Assembly: GCA_937124615.1 (NCBI GenBank)
Contig: CAKZKR010000113.1
Span: forward strand, 1,292-65,291
Direction: 5' to 3'
Length of the DNA: 64,000 nucleotides
Source of the DNA: an uncultured bacterium
GTDB taxonomy: Bacteria > Hydrogenedentota > Hydrogenedentia > Hydrogenedentales > Hydrogenedentaceae
Shown here: one piece after another, positions 8,909-18,070 of the stretch
Layout of the letters: every line of letters begins with the position of its first letter
Numbering within the stretch: position 1 is the first letter of the stretch
Position numbers and translations under genes: made by a program
Notes under the pieces: model-generated
What the model was told of the DNA's origin: nothing
Seen by the model: the letters and a program-made list of their open reading frames with translations, nothing else
The model's database searches: none

Positions 8909-9499
8909 CTATTTTTTTCTGCTTCAATGCCGACAGTGAGAACTACTTCATCTCCGATTTGTGTAGGTAAATATTTTGTCATACCGAAATCGCTTCTTTT
9001 GATAGTAAAAACGGCTTCAAAGCCGATTCGTTCCTCATGGTTTCTTCCTTTTCCGGCACCGACCCATTTTGCTTCCAATTCAATAGGTTTATCTACACCA
9101 AGCAGGGTTAGTATCCCTTTTATTCGATAACGATTTTCTTCTATATGTTCCCACGATGTGCTTTTGAATTTGGCTTCAGGGAATTTCTCGACATCGAAAA
9201 AATCGGGACTTCGTAGATGTTCATCTCGTTTATTGTTTAATGTATTTATACTGTTTGTTTTGACTGTAATTGTAATGGATGCGTTTTCTACATGTTCTGG
9301 GTCAAATTGTATTTTCACCAGAAATCTCGCTGAAAGCCCCATATGCAGGACTGATAGCTAAGTGTAGTACCCTAAACCACACTGTGGAATGTACAGGGTC
9401 CATTTTATAACTGGTTACATTTGCACTCAGACCTGATGATGTAGTGATAAGCAAGAAAAAAATATATAAAATACACCTATTATACTTTGTTGCAAACAT
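8909..9499 (-). pseudogene. yceI: YceI family lipid/polyisoprenoid-binding protein with two apparent single-base frameshifts (copy 1)
   Basis: Signal peptide plus YKMDPVHSTVWFRVLHL...GAFSEISG in one frame, then IQFDPE...SINT.N.KRDEHLRSPDFFDVEKFP...RSDFGM in another. One extra A in the run at 9312-9315. One A missing in the run at 8912-8918, which would otherwise give IEAEKK-TAG. Confidence 0.8.
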
Positions 9500-9582
9500 T
9501 TTCTATCCCTTTCTTTTTTTACTTATGAAACAGATAGATGAAAAAAAATATTTCATGCGAGAGAGCAAAAAAGGAAATATTG

Positions 9583-11046
9583 TTATTGTACGGTATATCT
9601 TGTTTTTACATAGATGAAAATAAGAGAAGCAAGGAGACCTGTTAGTAAGAACAAAGTAAGGGAAAATGTGGCAGGGACTTTATAGTCCGGTTCCATATCA
9701 ATGGGATAAAAATGGGCTTTTAAACGAATGTCTTTTGTTATTTCCACAGTCAAGTTCTTTCGAGATGTACAAAAATCTCCTTCCCATCCTGTAAAAATAT
9801 ACCCTGGTTTTTCCTTCACCTGAATATTAACAATATCCCCCTCAGTGTATCCGCAATCCTTCTTTGGGATAATGATTATTTCGTCTTCAAGATGGATATT
9901 AGAAGTAACTTGTAGTTTCAGGTTTTGTTTTAATTTATACCGCATAATCCGAGGGATTACCCCTCGTGCGAGACTGTATCCAACCCAGGATTTTTCATTG
10001 TCTCGCCAATCCGCTCTTTTGCTCGCTATCGAGGCAGAGAAATTATCTGTAATTCCTTCAAGGATGCCCAACGGGATAATATAAAGATCCTTTGTAACAA
10101 AGGTTAACTCTATTCCAGCATATCCTGTACGATTCTCTGTTATAAGTAACCAACCAATATTTGGATATTCAATAGCACTCCGCACTTCGTTATAGGAGGT
10201 GCGTCCAATAACAATGACATCTAAAGGCTCTGTTCGTGGAGATATAACCAAATGAGCACCAAGATTATTGATTCTATCGTCTGTAGCCCAACAGATATAA
10301 TCTTCAGTAAACCAAAAAGTTGTTAGGCGAAATAAAGATTGTGTTTTTAACGCTGGAGGAAGAGATGGGTCGAGGTTGTAATCCGTAACATCCAACCATG
10401 TATCTCCATCATCTTTGCTTTTGAAGATTTTGGATTCTTGGCGTCTATCACCTGAGGATAAATACCAATGTCCTGTGTAGGGGTCAACCTGAATGGTATG
10501 AAAATGACGAACTTCTGGGGATTCGGAGCCACGCGCCCGTTGATAAAATACAATATCCCAAGAGGCACCTCCATTTTTAGAACGGAATACACGGGCATAT
10601 GGGTCTGTATCCCTGCAATATTCGGCTATCATTATAACCCCATCTTTTTCATCGACACTCCATGTTCCCAACCAACCCAAGACTTCACCTGTTTGGCTCC
10701 ACCTTCTTTGGACTTTATTAAAATACCATAATTCTCTATAGGGGTTACTTATAGATAAAAGAGAACCGTTTTGAGTTGTGTATACATGATTAGAAAAAAA
10801 GTTTTGAAGGTAAATGGTTTCAACTATGTTCCCGTCATGAGTTATTTTTCTCAGGATGTTATTTTGAGGATAATTGAACACCCATATATTATTATCAGAG
10901 GTATGTTCTCCAAATTGATAGGAATTGTCAAAGTTGTCTTGATTTACTTCGAGTGTGTAAGGGGTATCATCGATAAAGAAGCAAAATTGATAATTAATAC
11001 CTCTAAAGAGAATAAGTGTTAATGTTAACAGAGTAGCACTCATCAA
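9583..11046 (-). CDS. Exported Asp-box (BNR) beta-propeller protein with InlB B-repeat-like domain and C-terminal VPA-TM-basic tail (copy 1)
   Basis: Asp-boxes SKNGGASW and SKDDGDTW; RHFHTIQVDPYTG; KPGYIFTGWEGD B-repeat-like motif; tail VPATFSLTLFLL...YVKTR. Confidence 0.7.
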   Translation of the reverse strand: MMSATLLTLTLILFRGINYQFCFFIDDTPYTLEVNQDNFDNSYQFGEHTSDNNIWVFNYPQNNILRKITHDGNIVETIYLQNFFSNHVYTTQNGSLLSISNPYRELWYFNKVQRRWSQTGEVLGWLGTWSVDEKDGVIMIAEYCRDTDPYARVFRSKNGGASWDIVFYQRARGSESPEVRHFHTIQVDPYTGHWYLSSGDRRQESKIFKSKDDGDTWLDVTDYNLDPSLPPALKTQSLFRLTTFWFTEDYICWATDDRINNLGAHLVISPRTEPLDVIVIGRTSYNEVRSAIEYPNIGWLLITENRTGYAGIELTFVTKDLYIIPLGILEGITDNFSASIASKRADWRDNEKSWVGYSLARGVIPRIMRYKLKQNLKLQVTSNIHLEDEIIIIPKKDCGYTEGDIVNIQVKEKPGYIFTGWEGDFCTSRKNLTVEITKDIRLKAHFYPIDMEPDYKVPATFSLTLFLLTGLLASLIFIYVKTRYTVQ

Positions 11047-11165
11047 ATAGAAGTATTCCGTTCAGTAGTTTTTTATCCTTTTTATAAATAATTACAAAAC
11101 ATCTTAGTGCCACTGCTAAAAATATATAAAAAGAACAAACTTATTTTCAAATTATTTGCAAATCT

Positions 11166-11207
11166 AAAAAGAAACCCTGCCTTTGCCTTTTACTCGCTCA
11201 GGCAGGG
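11166..11207 (-). terminator. Intrinsic terminator after the prepilin-like gene (copy 1)
   Basis: CCCTGCCT / AGGCAGGG 8-bp stem (11175-11182 / 11200-11207), followed on the minus strand by TTTCTTTTT. Confidence 0.6.
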
Positions 11208-11235
11208 CCATAATGATGAAACTCAATAAAGAAGA

Positions 11236-12273
11236 CTACGTTGCATCAAACAAGGACATGATGTTAGCCACACCTTGATTGATGGGTTGTTTTGTTGGAT
11301 AGCGAATGAATTCTACATGCCCATCCAGATATAACACATTGCATCCACCTGGTATATGGTTGAACAGTACGGTGGTTCCACCTGCACCTAATTGGTCTAA
11401 CATAATGAAAATTTCACTTTGTGCTTGGGCTGTTGCAGAAGGATTATTAATATCCGTAATCATGAACCGTTCAATACCTTCCCGAAGGCGATATACCGTA
11501 TTTGAACCACCATTTCCATAGCCTACGAGTAGAGAACCAGAAACATCTCCATCAACAGCCGCATTCAAATCAGCAATCTGAGCCGGAGTTGGTTGCCCGT
11601 GAGAAGATGCCGTTGTCATCGCAGCTACACCATTAGGATGATTTAGTGCCATTTGGGCAATTGCAAGGGGCAATTGTGCCGCAACAAGTGTGGTTCCTGT
11701 TAATGGAGGACCTCCAATTAGGTTAACAAATGTTTGAACTTCAGGAGGGAGAGAATTAAGGGGAACTAAATCGTTGGGATTGTCTCCCATCCGGTCAAAG
11801 ACCCAGCCGAAGTAAGCATAACTGGCGTCTATAACATTGACTCCTGTTCCTCCACCTAAATAGTAGCCAAAATGAAAATCATCTGGCGTAATTCCCAATA
11901 CAGGGAAGGAATCCCCTTTCAGGGTATCATTTACTGTATCTTGAGCATCCGAAGGGCAGATAACAATAGATGGATCCGTCAAATACTCTGGATAAATAGC
12001 CTTTACCTTTGGTCCTGCTGCTATAAATAAATTCCATTGTCCGTTATCTTCTCTCTGTGCTGCTTCTAACTCTAATGGGGGGAAGCGTTCTCCTTTCGAT
12101 TCATTAGAATACATTTTGAAAACAAGTCCCCATTGTTTCAGATTGTTCTGGCAACTGGAACGACGTGCCGCTTCACGAGCACGGGCTAATGCAGGCAATA
12201 ATATCGCCGCGAGAATACCTATAATTGCTATGACAACCAGCAATTCAATGAGTGTAAAACCATGTTTTTTCAT
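11236..12273 (-). CDS. DUF1559-type prepilin N-terminal cleavage/methylation protein with H-X9-DG C-terminal motif (copy 1)
   Basis: MKKHG^[42 protein letters not shown]; [19 protein letters not shown]; RBS AGGAGGT before ATG 12273. Confidence 0.92.
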   Translation of the reverse strand: MKKHGFTLIELLVVIAIIGILAAILLPALARAREAARRSSCQNNLKQWGLVFKMYSNESKGERFPPLELEAAQREDNGQWNLFIAAGPKVKAIYPEYLTDPSIVICPSDAQDTVNDTLKGDSFPVLGITPDDFHFGYYLGGGTGVNVIDASYAYFGWVFDRMGDNPNDLVPLNSLPPEVQTFVNLIGGPPLTGTTLVAAQLPLAIAQMALNHPNGVAAMTTASSHGQPTPAQIADLNAAVDGDVSGSLLVGYGNGGSNTVYRLREGIERFMITDINNPSATAQAQSEIFIMLDQLGAGGTTVLFNHIPGGCNVLYLDGHVEFIRYPTKQPINQGVANIMSLFDAT

Positions 12274-12374
12274 AAAATACCTCCTTCTTACTTGTAAAAG
12301 TACTCCATTATTTAAGATATAATTGAGAGAAATATTAATTCGATTCACCTCCTTTCTATCATTTCTCTAATAAA

Positions 12375-12403
12375 ATTATAATACAAATATTAATAAATGT
12401 CAA
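12375..12403 (-). promoter_or_regulatory. Perfect-consensus sigma70 promoter of the prepilin-like gene (copy 1)
   Basis: Minus strand TTGACA (12403-12398), 17 bp, TATAAT (12380-12375). Confidence 0.85.
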
Positions 12404-12434
12404 TGTTTTTTTGTATAAAACAAAGACCATTTTA

Positions 12435-12640
12435 GTTCGGAGATAATACATTTTTATTTTGCTACTGATTTAGAGTATGTTGGGACGAAACCGGATGATG
12501 ACGAGAATGTAGAAATAGTAAAGATGCCGTTGAAGGTGGTGAAGGAGAAGTTACGCACTTTTTGGTTTGAGGATAGCAAGACATATATTGCTTTACAGGC
12601 AATGCTTTATCGTCTTCAAGGAAGGGAGAGTAACTGTTGA
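12435..12640 (+). pseudogene. 3' fragment of the NUDIX gene created by the duplication junction
   Basis: Matches 8560-8765 except an ATA>GTA change; lacks the start codon and Nudix box. Confidence 0.85.
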
Positions 12641-12783
12641 GAGGAAAAGAGTTTTTTATATGGTATAAGGAATGCTTGCTGTAATCCAGTTTAACATCTA
12701 ACTCACCATGAGGCTCTGTGTTCTCTCTGTGGTTCTTTTTTTTCACCGCGGTAAGCAGGAACAAAGAAGATATGTTTATTTTT

Positions 12784-13374
12784 CTATTTTTTTCTGCTTC
12801 AATGCCGACAGTGAGAACTACTTCATCTCCGATTTGTGTAGGTAAATATTTTGTCATACCGAAATCGCTTCTTTTGATAGTAAAAACGGCTTCAAAGCCG
12901 ATTCGTTCCTCATGGTTTCTTCCTTTTCCGGCACCGACCCATTTTGCTTCCAATTCAATAGGTTTATCTACACCAAGCAGGGTTAGTATCCCTTTTATTC
13001 GATAACGATTTTCTTCTATATGTTCCCACGATGTGCTTTTGAATTTGGCTTCAGGGAATTTCTCGACATCGAAAAAATCGGGACTTCGTAGATGTTCATC
13101 TCGTTTATTGTTTAATGTATTTATACTGTTTGTTTTGACTGTAATTGTAATGGATGCGTTTTCTACATGTTCTGGGTCAAATTGTATTTTCACCAGAAAT
13201 CTCGCTGAAAGCCCCATATGCAGGACTGATAGCTAAGTGTAGTACCCTAAACCACACTGTGGAATGTACAGGGTCCATTTTATAACTGGTTACATTTGCA
13301 CTCAGACCTGATGATGTAGTGATAAGCAAGAAAAAAATATATAAAATACACCTATTATACTTTGTTGCAAACAT
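12784..13374 (-). pseudogene. yceI: YceI family protein, frameshifted (copy 2)
   Basis: Same as copy 1, including both frameshifts. Confidence 0.8.
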
Positions 13375-13457
13375 TTTCTATCCCTTTCTTTTTTTACTTA
13401 TGAAACAGATAGATGAAAAAAAATATTTCATGCGAGAGAGCAAAAAAGGAAATATTG

Positions 13458-14921
13458 TTATTGTACGGTATATCTTGTTTTTACATAGATGAAAATAAGA
13501 GAAGCAAGGAGACCTGTTAGTAAGAACAAAGTAAGGGAAAATGTGGCAGGGACTTTATAGTCCGGTTCCATATCAATGGGATAAAAATGGGCTTTTAAAC
13601 GAATGTCTTTTGTTATTTCCACAGTCAAGTTCTTTCGAGATGTACAAAAATCTCCTTCCCATCCTGTAAAAATATACCCTGGTTTTTCCTTCACCTGAAT
13701 ATTAACAATATCCCCCTCAGTGTATCCGCAATCCTTCTTTGGGATAATGATTATTTCGTCTTCAAGATGGATATTAGAAGTAACTTGTAGTTTCAGGTTT
13801 TGTTTTAATTTATACCGCATAATCCGAGGGATTACCCCTCGTGCGAGACTGTATCCAACCCAGGATTTTTCATTGTCTCGCCAATCCGCTCTTTTGCTCG
13901 CTATCGAGGCAGAGAAATTATCTGTAATTCCTTCAAGGATGCCCAACGGGATAATATAAAGATCCTTTGTAACAAAGGTTAACTCTATTCCAGCATATCC
14001 TGTACGATTCTCTGTTATAAGTAACCAACCAATATTTGGATATTCAATAGCACTCCGCACTTCGTTATAGGAGGTGCGTCCAATAACAATGACATCTAAA
14101 GGCTCTGTTCGTGGAGATATAACCAAATGAGCACCAAGATTATTGATTCTATCGTCTGTAGCCCAACAGATATAATCTTCAGTAAACCAAAAAGTTGTTA
14201 GGCGAAATAAAGATTGTGTTTTTAACGCTGGAGGAAGAGATGGGTCGAGGTTGTAATCCGTAACATCCAACCATGTATCTCCATCATCTTTGCTTTTGAA
14301 GATTTTGGATTCTTGGCGTCTATCACCTGAGGATAAATACCAATGTCCTGTGTAGGGGTCAACCTGAATGGTATGAAAATGACGAACTTCTGGGGATTCG
14401 GAGCCACGCGCCCGTTGATAAAATACAATATCCCAAGAGGCACCTCCATTTTTAGAACGGAATACACGGGCATATGGGTCTGTATCCCTGCAATATTCGG
14501 CTATCATTATAACCCCATCTTTTTCATCGACACTCCATGTTCCCAACCAACCCAAGACTTCACCTGTTTGGCTCCACCTTCTTTGGACTTTATTAAAATA
14601 CCATAATTCTCTATAGGGGTTACTTATAGATAAAAGAGAACCGTTTTGAGTTGTGTATACATGATTAGAAAAAAAGTTTTGAAGGTAAATGGTTTCAACT
14701 ATGTTCCCGTCATGAGTTATTTTTCTCAGGATGTTATTTTGAGGATAATTGAACACCCATATATTATTATCAGAGGTATGTTCTCCAAATTGATAGGAAT
14801 TGTCAAAGTTGTCTTGATTTACTTCGAGTGTGTAAGGGGTATCATCGATAAAGAAGCAAAATTGATAATTAATACCTCTAAAGAGAATAAGTGTTAATGT
14901 TAACAGAGTAGCACTCATCAA
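13458..14921 (-). CDS. Asp-box beta-propeller surface protein (copy 2)
   Basis: Same translation as 9583-11046. Confidence 0.7.
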   Translation of the reverse strand: MMSATLLTLTLILFRGINYQFCFFIDDTPYTLEVNQDNFDNSYQFGEHTSDNNIWVFNYPQNNILRKITHDGNIVETIYLQNFFSNHVYTTQNGSLLSISNPYRELWYFNKVQRRWSQTGEVLGWLGTWSVDEKDGVIMIAEYCRDTDPYARVFRSKNGGASWDIVFYQRARGSESPEVRHFHTIQVDPYTGHWYLSSGDRRQESKIFKSKDDGDTWLDVTDYNLDPSLPPALKTQSLFRLTTFWFTEDYICWATDDRINNLGAHLVISPRTEPLDVIVIGRTSYNEVRSAIEYPNIGWLLITENRTGYAGIELTFVTKDLYIIPLGILEGITDNFSASIASKRADWRDNEKSWVGYSLARGVIPRIMRYKLKQNLKLQVTSNIHLEDEIIIIPKKDCGYTEGDIVNIQVKEKPGYIFTGWEGDFCTSRKNLTVEITKDIRLKAHFYPIDMEPDYKVPATFSLTLFLLTGLLASLIFIYVKTRYTVQ

Positions 14922-15040
14922 ATAGAAGTATTCCGTTCAGTAGTTTTTTATCCTTTTTATAAATAATTACAAAACATCTTAGTGCCACTGCTAAAAATAT
15001 ATAAAAAGAACAAACTTATTTTCAAATTATTTGCAAATCT

Positions 15041-15082
15041 AAAAAGAAACCCTGCCTTTGCCTTTTACTCGCTCAGGCAGGG
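15041..15082 (-). terminator. Intrinsic terminator (copy 2)
   Basis: Duplicate of 11166-11207. Confidence 0.6.
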
Positions 15083-15110
15083 CCATAATGATGAAACTCA
15101 ATAAAGAAGA

Positions 15111-16148
15111 CTACGTTGCATCAAACAAGGACATGATGTTAGCCACACCTTGATTGATGGGTTGTTTTGTTGGATAGCGAATGAATTCTACATGCCCATC
15201 CAGATATAACACATTGCATCCACCTGGTATATGGTTGAACAGTACGGTGGTTCCACCTGCACCTAATTGGTCTAACATAATGAAAATTTCACTTTGTGCT
15301 TGGGCTGTTGCAGAAGGATTATTAATATCCGTAATCATGAACCGTTCAATACCTTCCCGAAGGCGATATACCGTATTTGAACCACCATTTCCATAGCCTA
15401 CGAGTAGAGAACCAGAAACATCTCCATCAACAGCCGCATTCAAATCAGCAATCTGAGCCGGAGTTGGTTGCCCGTGAGAAGATGCCGTTGTCATCGCAGC
15501 TACACCATTAGGATGATTTAGTGCCATTTGGGCAATTGCAAGGGGCAATTGTGCCGCAACAAGTGTGGTTCCTGTTAATGGAGGACCTCCAATTAGGTTA
15601 ACAAATGTTTGAACTTCAGGAGGGAGAGAATTAAGGGGAACTAAATCGTTGGGATTGTCTCCCATCCGGTCAAAGACCCAGCCGAAGTAAGCATAACTGG
15701 CGTCTATAACATTGACTCCTGTTCCTCCACCTAAATAGTAGCCAAAATGAAAATCATCTGGCGTAATTCCCAATACAGGGAAGGAATCCCCTTTCAGGGT
15801 ATCATTTACTGTATCTTGAGCATCCGAAGGGCAGATAACAATAGATGGATCCGTCAAATACTCTGGATAAATAGCCTTTACCTTTGGTCCTGCTGCTATA
15901 AATAAATTCCATTGTCCGTTATCTTCTCTCTGTGCTGCTTCTAACTCTAATGGGGGGAAGCGTTCTCCTTTCGATTCATTAGAATACATTTTGAAAACAA
16001 GTCCCCATTGTTTCAGATTGTTCTGGCAACTGGAACGACGTGCCGCTTCACGAGCACGGGCTAATGCAGGCAATAATATCGCCGCGAGAATACCTATAAT
16101 TGCTATGACAACCAGCAATTCAATGAGTGTAAAACCATGTTTTTTCAT
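15111..16148 (-). CDS. DUF1559 / H-X9-DG prepilin-like protein (copy 2)
   Basis: Same as 11236-12273. Confidence 0.92.
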   Translation of the reverse strand: MKKHGFTLIELLVVIAIIGILAAILLPALARAREAARRSSCQNNLKQWGLVFKMYSNESKGERFPPLELEAAQREDNGQWNLFIAAGPKVKAIYPEYLTDPSIVICPSDAQDTVNDTLKGDSFPVLGITPDDFHFGYYLGGGTGVNVIDASYAYFGWVFDRMGDNPNDLVPLNSLPPEVQTFVNLIGGPPLTGTTLVAAQLPLAIAQMALNHPNGVAAMTTASSHGQPTPAQIADLNAAVDGDVSGSLLVGYGNGGSNTVYRLREGIERFMITDINNPSATAQAQSEIFIMLDQLGAGGTTVLFNHIPGGCNVLYLDGHVEFIRYPTKQPINQGVANIMSLFDAT

Positions 16149-16249
16149 AAAATACCTCCTTCTTACTTGTAAAAGTACTCCATTATTTAAGATATAATTG
16201 AGAGAAATATTAATTCGATTCACCTCCTTTCTATCATTTCTCTAATAAA

Positions 16250-16278
16250 ATTATAATACAAATATTAATAAATGTCAA
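16250..16278 (-). promoter_or_regulatory. Perfect-consensus sigma70 promoter (copy 2)
   Basis: TTGACA-17-TATAAT, duplicate of 12375-12403. Confidence 0.85.
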
Positions 16279-16658
16279 TGTTTTTTTGTATAAAACAAAG
16301 ACCATTTTAATCATAATTAATATAATTCTTTAGACATATAAAAGGTTCTACGATTTTTTTATTTTTTACCTTCTTAAAAGTGTATTTTGAGATTACAAAC
16401 TTTTAGAAAAAACATTATAAGAATTATCACAAATAAGATATTATGTGAATTATTAAATATGTTTAAATCTAATTAATATATAAATTATATAAATAGAGTT
16501 TTCTGAATGATATTTATTTCCAAAAACACTAATTTGTAAGAGAGAATATTGTTTTAAAAAACTCTATTCCGAAATAAATAGTTTGAAAGAATGAATATGT
16601 AAATTGTATAATTCTCTAACTTTTATTATTGAGAAAGGATATTTTTAAGGAGTATAAT

Positions 16659-16973
16659 ATGGCTTTAATATTTACAAAAGATAATTTTGCTTCGGAAACA
16701 TCAAATGGAGTAAGTCTTATTGATTTTTGGGCGGAGTGGTGTGGTCCCTGCCGTATGATGAGTCCTATAATTGACGATTTAGCAAAAGAGTATGAGGGAA
16801 GAGTAAAGATAGGAAAAATCAATGTAGATGAGGAAATGGAACTTGCTGAAAACTTTGGTGTTTCGAGTATCCCCACACTTGTAATAATGAAAGATGGTCA
16901 TGAAGTTAAGAGGTTTGTTGGGTTAACACAGAAAGCAGTTCTTGCCTCTGCGTTAGATTCATTCCTGGGTTAA
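16659..16973 (+). CDS. trxA: Thioredoxin
   Basis: DFWAEWCGPCR, SIPTL; RBS AAGGAG before ATG 16659. Confidence 0.97.
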   Translation: MALIFTKDNFASETSNGVSLIDFWAEWCGPCRMMSPIIDDLAKEYEGRVKIGKINVDEEMELAENFGVSSIPTLVIMKDGHEVKRFVGLTQKAVLASALDSFLG

Positions 16974-17046
16974 TATAATCATTAAATTAAAATCTATTTA
17001 TAATATTAGATAATCAAAAAACTAAAAGATGACAGGAATATTGTAT

Positions 17047-18051
17047 ATGAATCCCAAAGTCGTTGCAGTTGTAGGAGCCACTGGTTTGGTTGGCAGGAAG
17101 ATGATTGAAACATTGGAAAACAGAAATTTCCCTGTTAAGGCAATCAAGTTTCTTGCGTCGGAGCGTTCACGGGGTAGGAAGTTAACATATAGAGGCGAGG
17201 AAATTCCTGTCGAAGTTTTAGATGAGAATTCTTTCAAAGGGATTGATGTTGCCCTTTTCAGTGCGGGTGGCAGTACAAGCAGAAAATTTGCTCCTATTGC
17301 GGCTAAAGATGGCTGTGTTGTTGTAGATAATTCCAGTGCCTGGCGTATGGACCCGAATGTTCCGTTGGTTGTACCAGAGGTTAATGCTCACGAGATAAAA
17401 AATCATAAAGGGATCATTGCAAATCCCAATTGTTCGACTATTCAAATGGTGGTTGTTTTGAAGCCTATACATGATTATGCAAAGATACAAAGAGTGGTTG
17501 TTTCCACCTATCAAGCAGTTTCAGGAGCAGGACAAAATGCGGTACAGGAACTATTGAACCAGATGCAGGCGTATGTGGAAGGGAAGCCCTTAGAAGTAAA
17601 GGTTTTCCCCCACCAAATTTTGTTTAATTGTATCCCTCAAATTCCACAGAAGGATGCCTTTGAGGCGAATGGATATACGAATGAAGAAATGAAAATGGTT
17701 AATGAAACCAAAAAGATTATGGGAGATGCAAGTATTCAAGTTACTGCGACGACAGTTCGTGTGCCGGTGATTAATAGCCACAGCGAATCGGTGAATATAC
17801 AAACAGAAAAAAAAGTGACTGCAGAGCAAGCCCGTGAATTGCTTGCGAAGGCTCCGGGTGTCGTTTTAATGGACGACCCGGCAAAACAGATTTATCCGCT
17901 CGCTACTACTTCAGTAGGAAGATGGGAAACTTTTGTGGGAAGAATTCGTGAGGATATTTCTCATCCCAGTGCATTGGATATGTGGATTGTTTCTGATAAT
18001 TTACTTAAAGGGGCCGCCTACAACGCAGTTCAAATTGCAGAATATTTATAA
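17047..18051 (+). CDS. asd: Aspartate-semialdehyde dehydrogenase
   Basis: VAVVGATGLVG, DNSSAWRM, IIANPNCST, STYQAVSGAG, DNLLKGAAYNAVQIAE. Confidence 0.97.
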   Translation: MNPKVVAVVGATGLVGRKMIETLENRNFPVKAIKFLASERSRGRKLTYRGEEIPVEVLDENSFKGIDVALFSAGGSTSRKFAPIAAKDGCVVVDNSSAWRMDPNVPLVVPEVNAHEIKNHKGIIANPNCSTIQMVVVLKPIHDYAKIQRVVVSTYQAVSGAGQNAVQELLNQMQAYVEGKPLEVKVFPHQILFNCIPQIPQKDAFEANGYTNEEMKMVNETKKIMGDASIQVTATTVRVPVINSHSESVNIQTEKKVTAEQARELLAKAPGVVLMDDPAKQIYPLATTSVGRWETFVGRIREDISHPSALDMWIVSDNLLKGAAYNAVQIAEYL

Positions 18052-18070
18052 AAATCTTTTGTGGCTCTGA

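Larger units (their letters stand above)
8560..12434 (+). repeat. Tandem duplication unit, copy 1 (3875 bp)
   Basis: Matches 12435-16309 apart from one observed substitution (A8634 vs G12509). All ORFs recur at +3875. Confidence 0.97.
12435..16309 (+). repeat. Tandem duplication unit, copy 2 (3875 bp)
   Basis: Junction ...GACCATTTTA|GTTCGGAGATAA... at 12434/12435; the copy ends ...GACCATTTTA at 16309. Confidence 0.97.

Noticed and set aside
9302-9342. Programmed ribosomal frameshift in yceI
   Set aside because: No canonical slippery heptamer or stimulatory structure, and a second indel exists, so error or decay is simpler.
8560-16309. Duplication as a composite transposon or a DGR template/variable repeat pair
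   Set aside because: No transposase, terminal inverted repeats, target-site duplication or reverse transcriptase; only one mismatch seen over 3.9 kb.
16310-16650. Very AT-rich intergenic region as an origin, ncRNA or CRISPR leader
   Set aside because: No DnaA-box cluster, stable structure or repeat-spacer array; consistent with a divergent promoter region in a low-GC genome.
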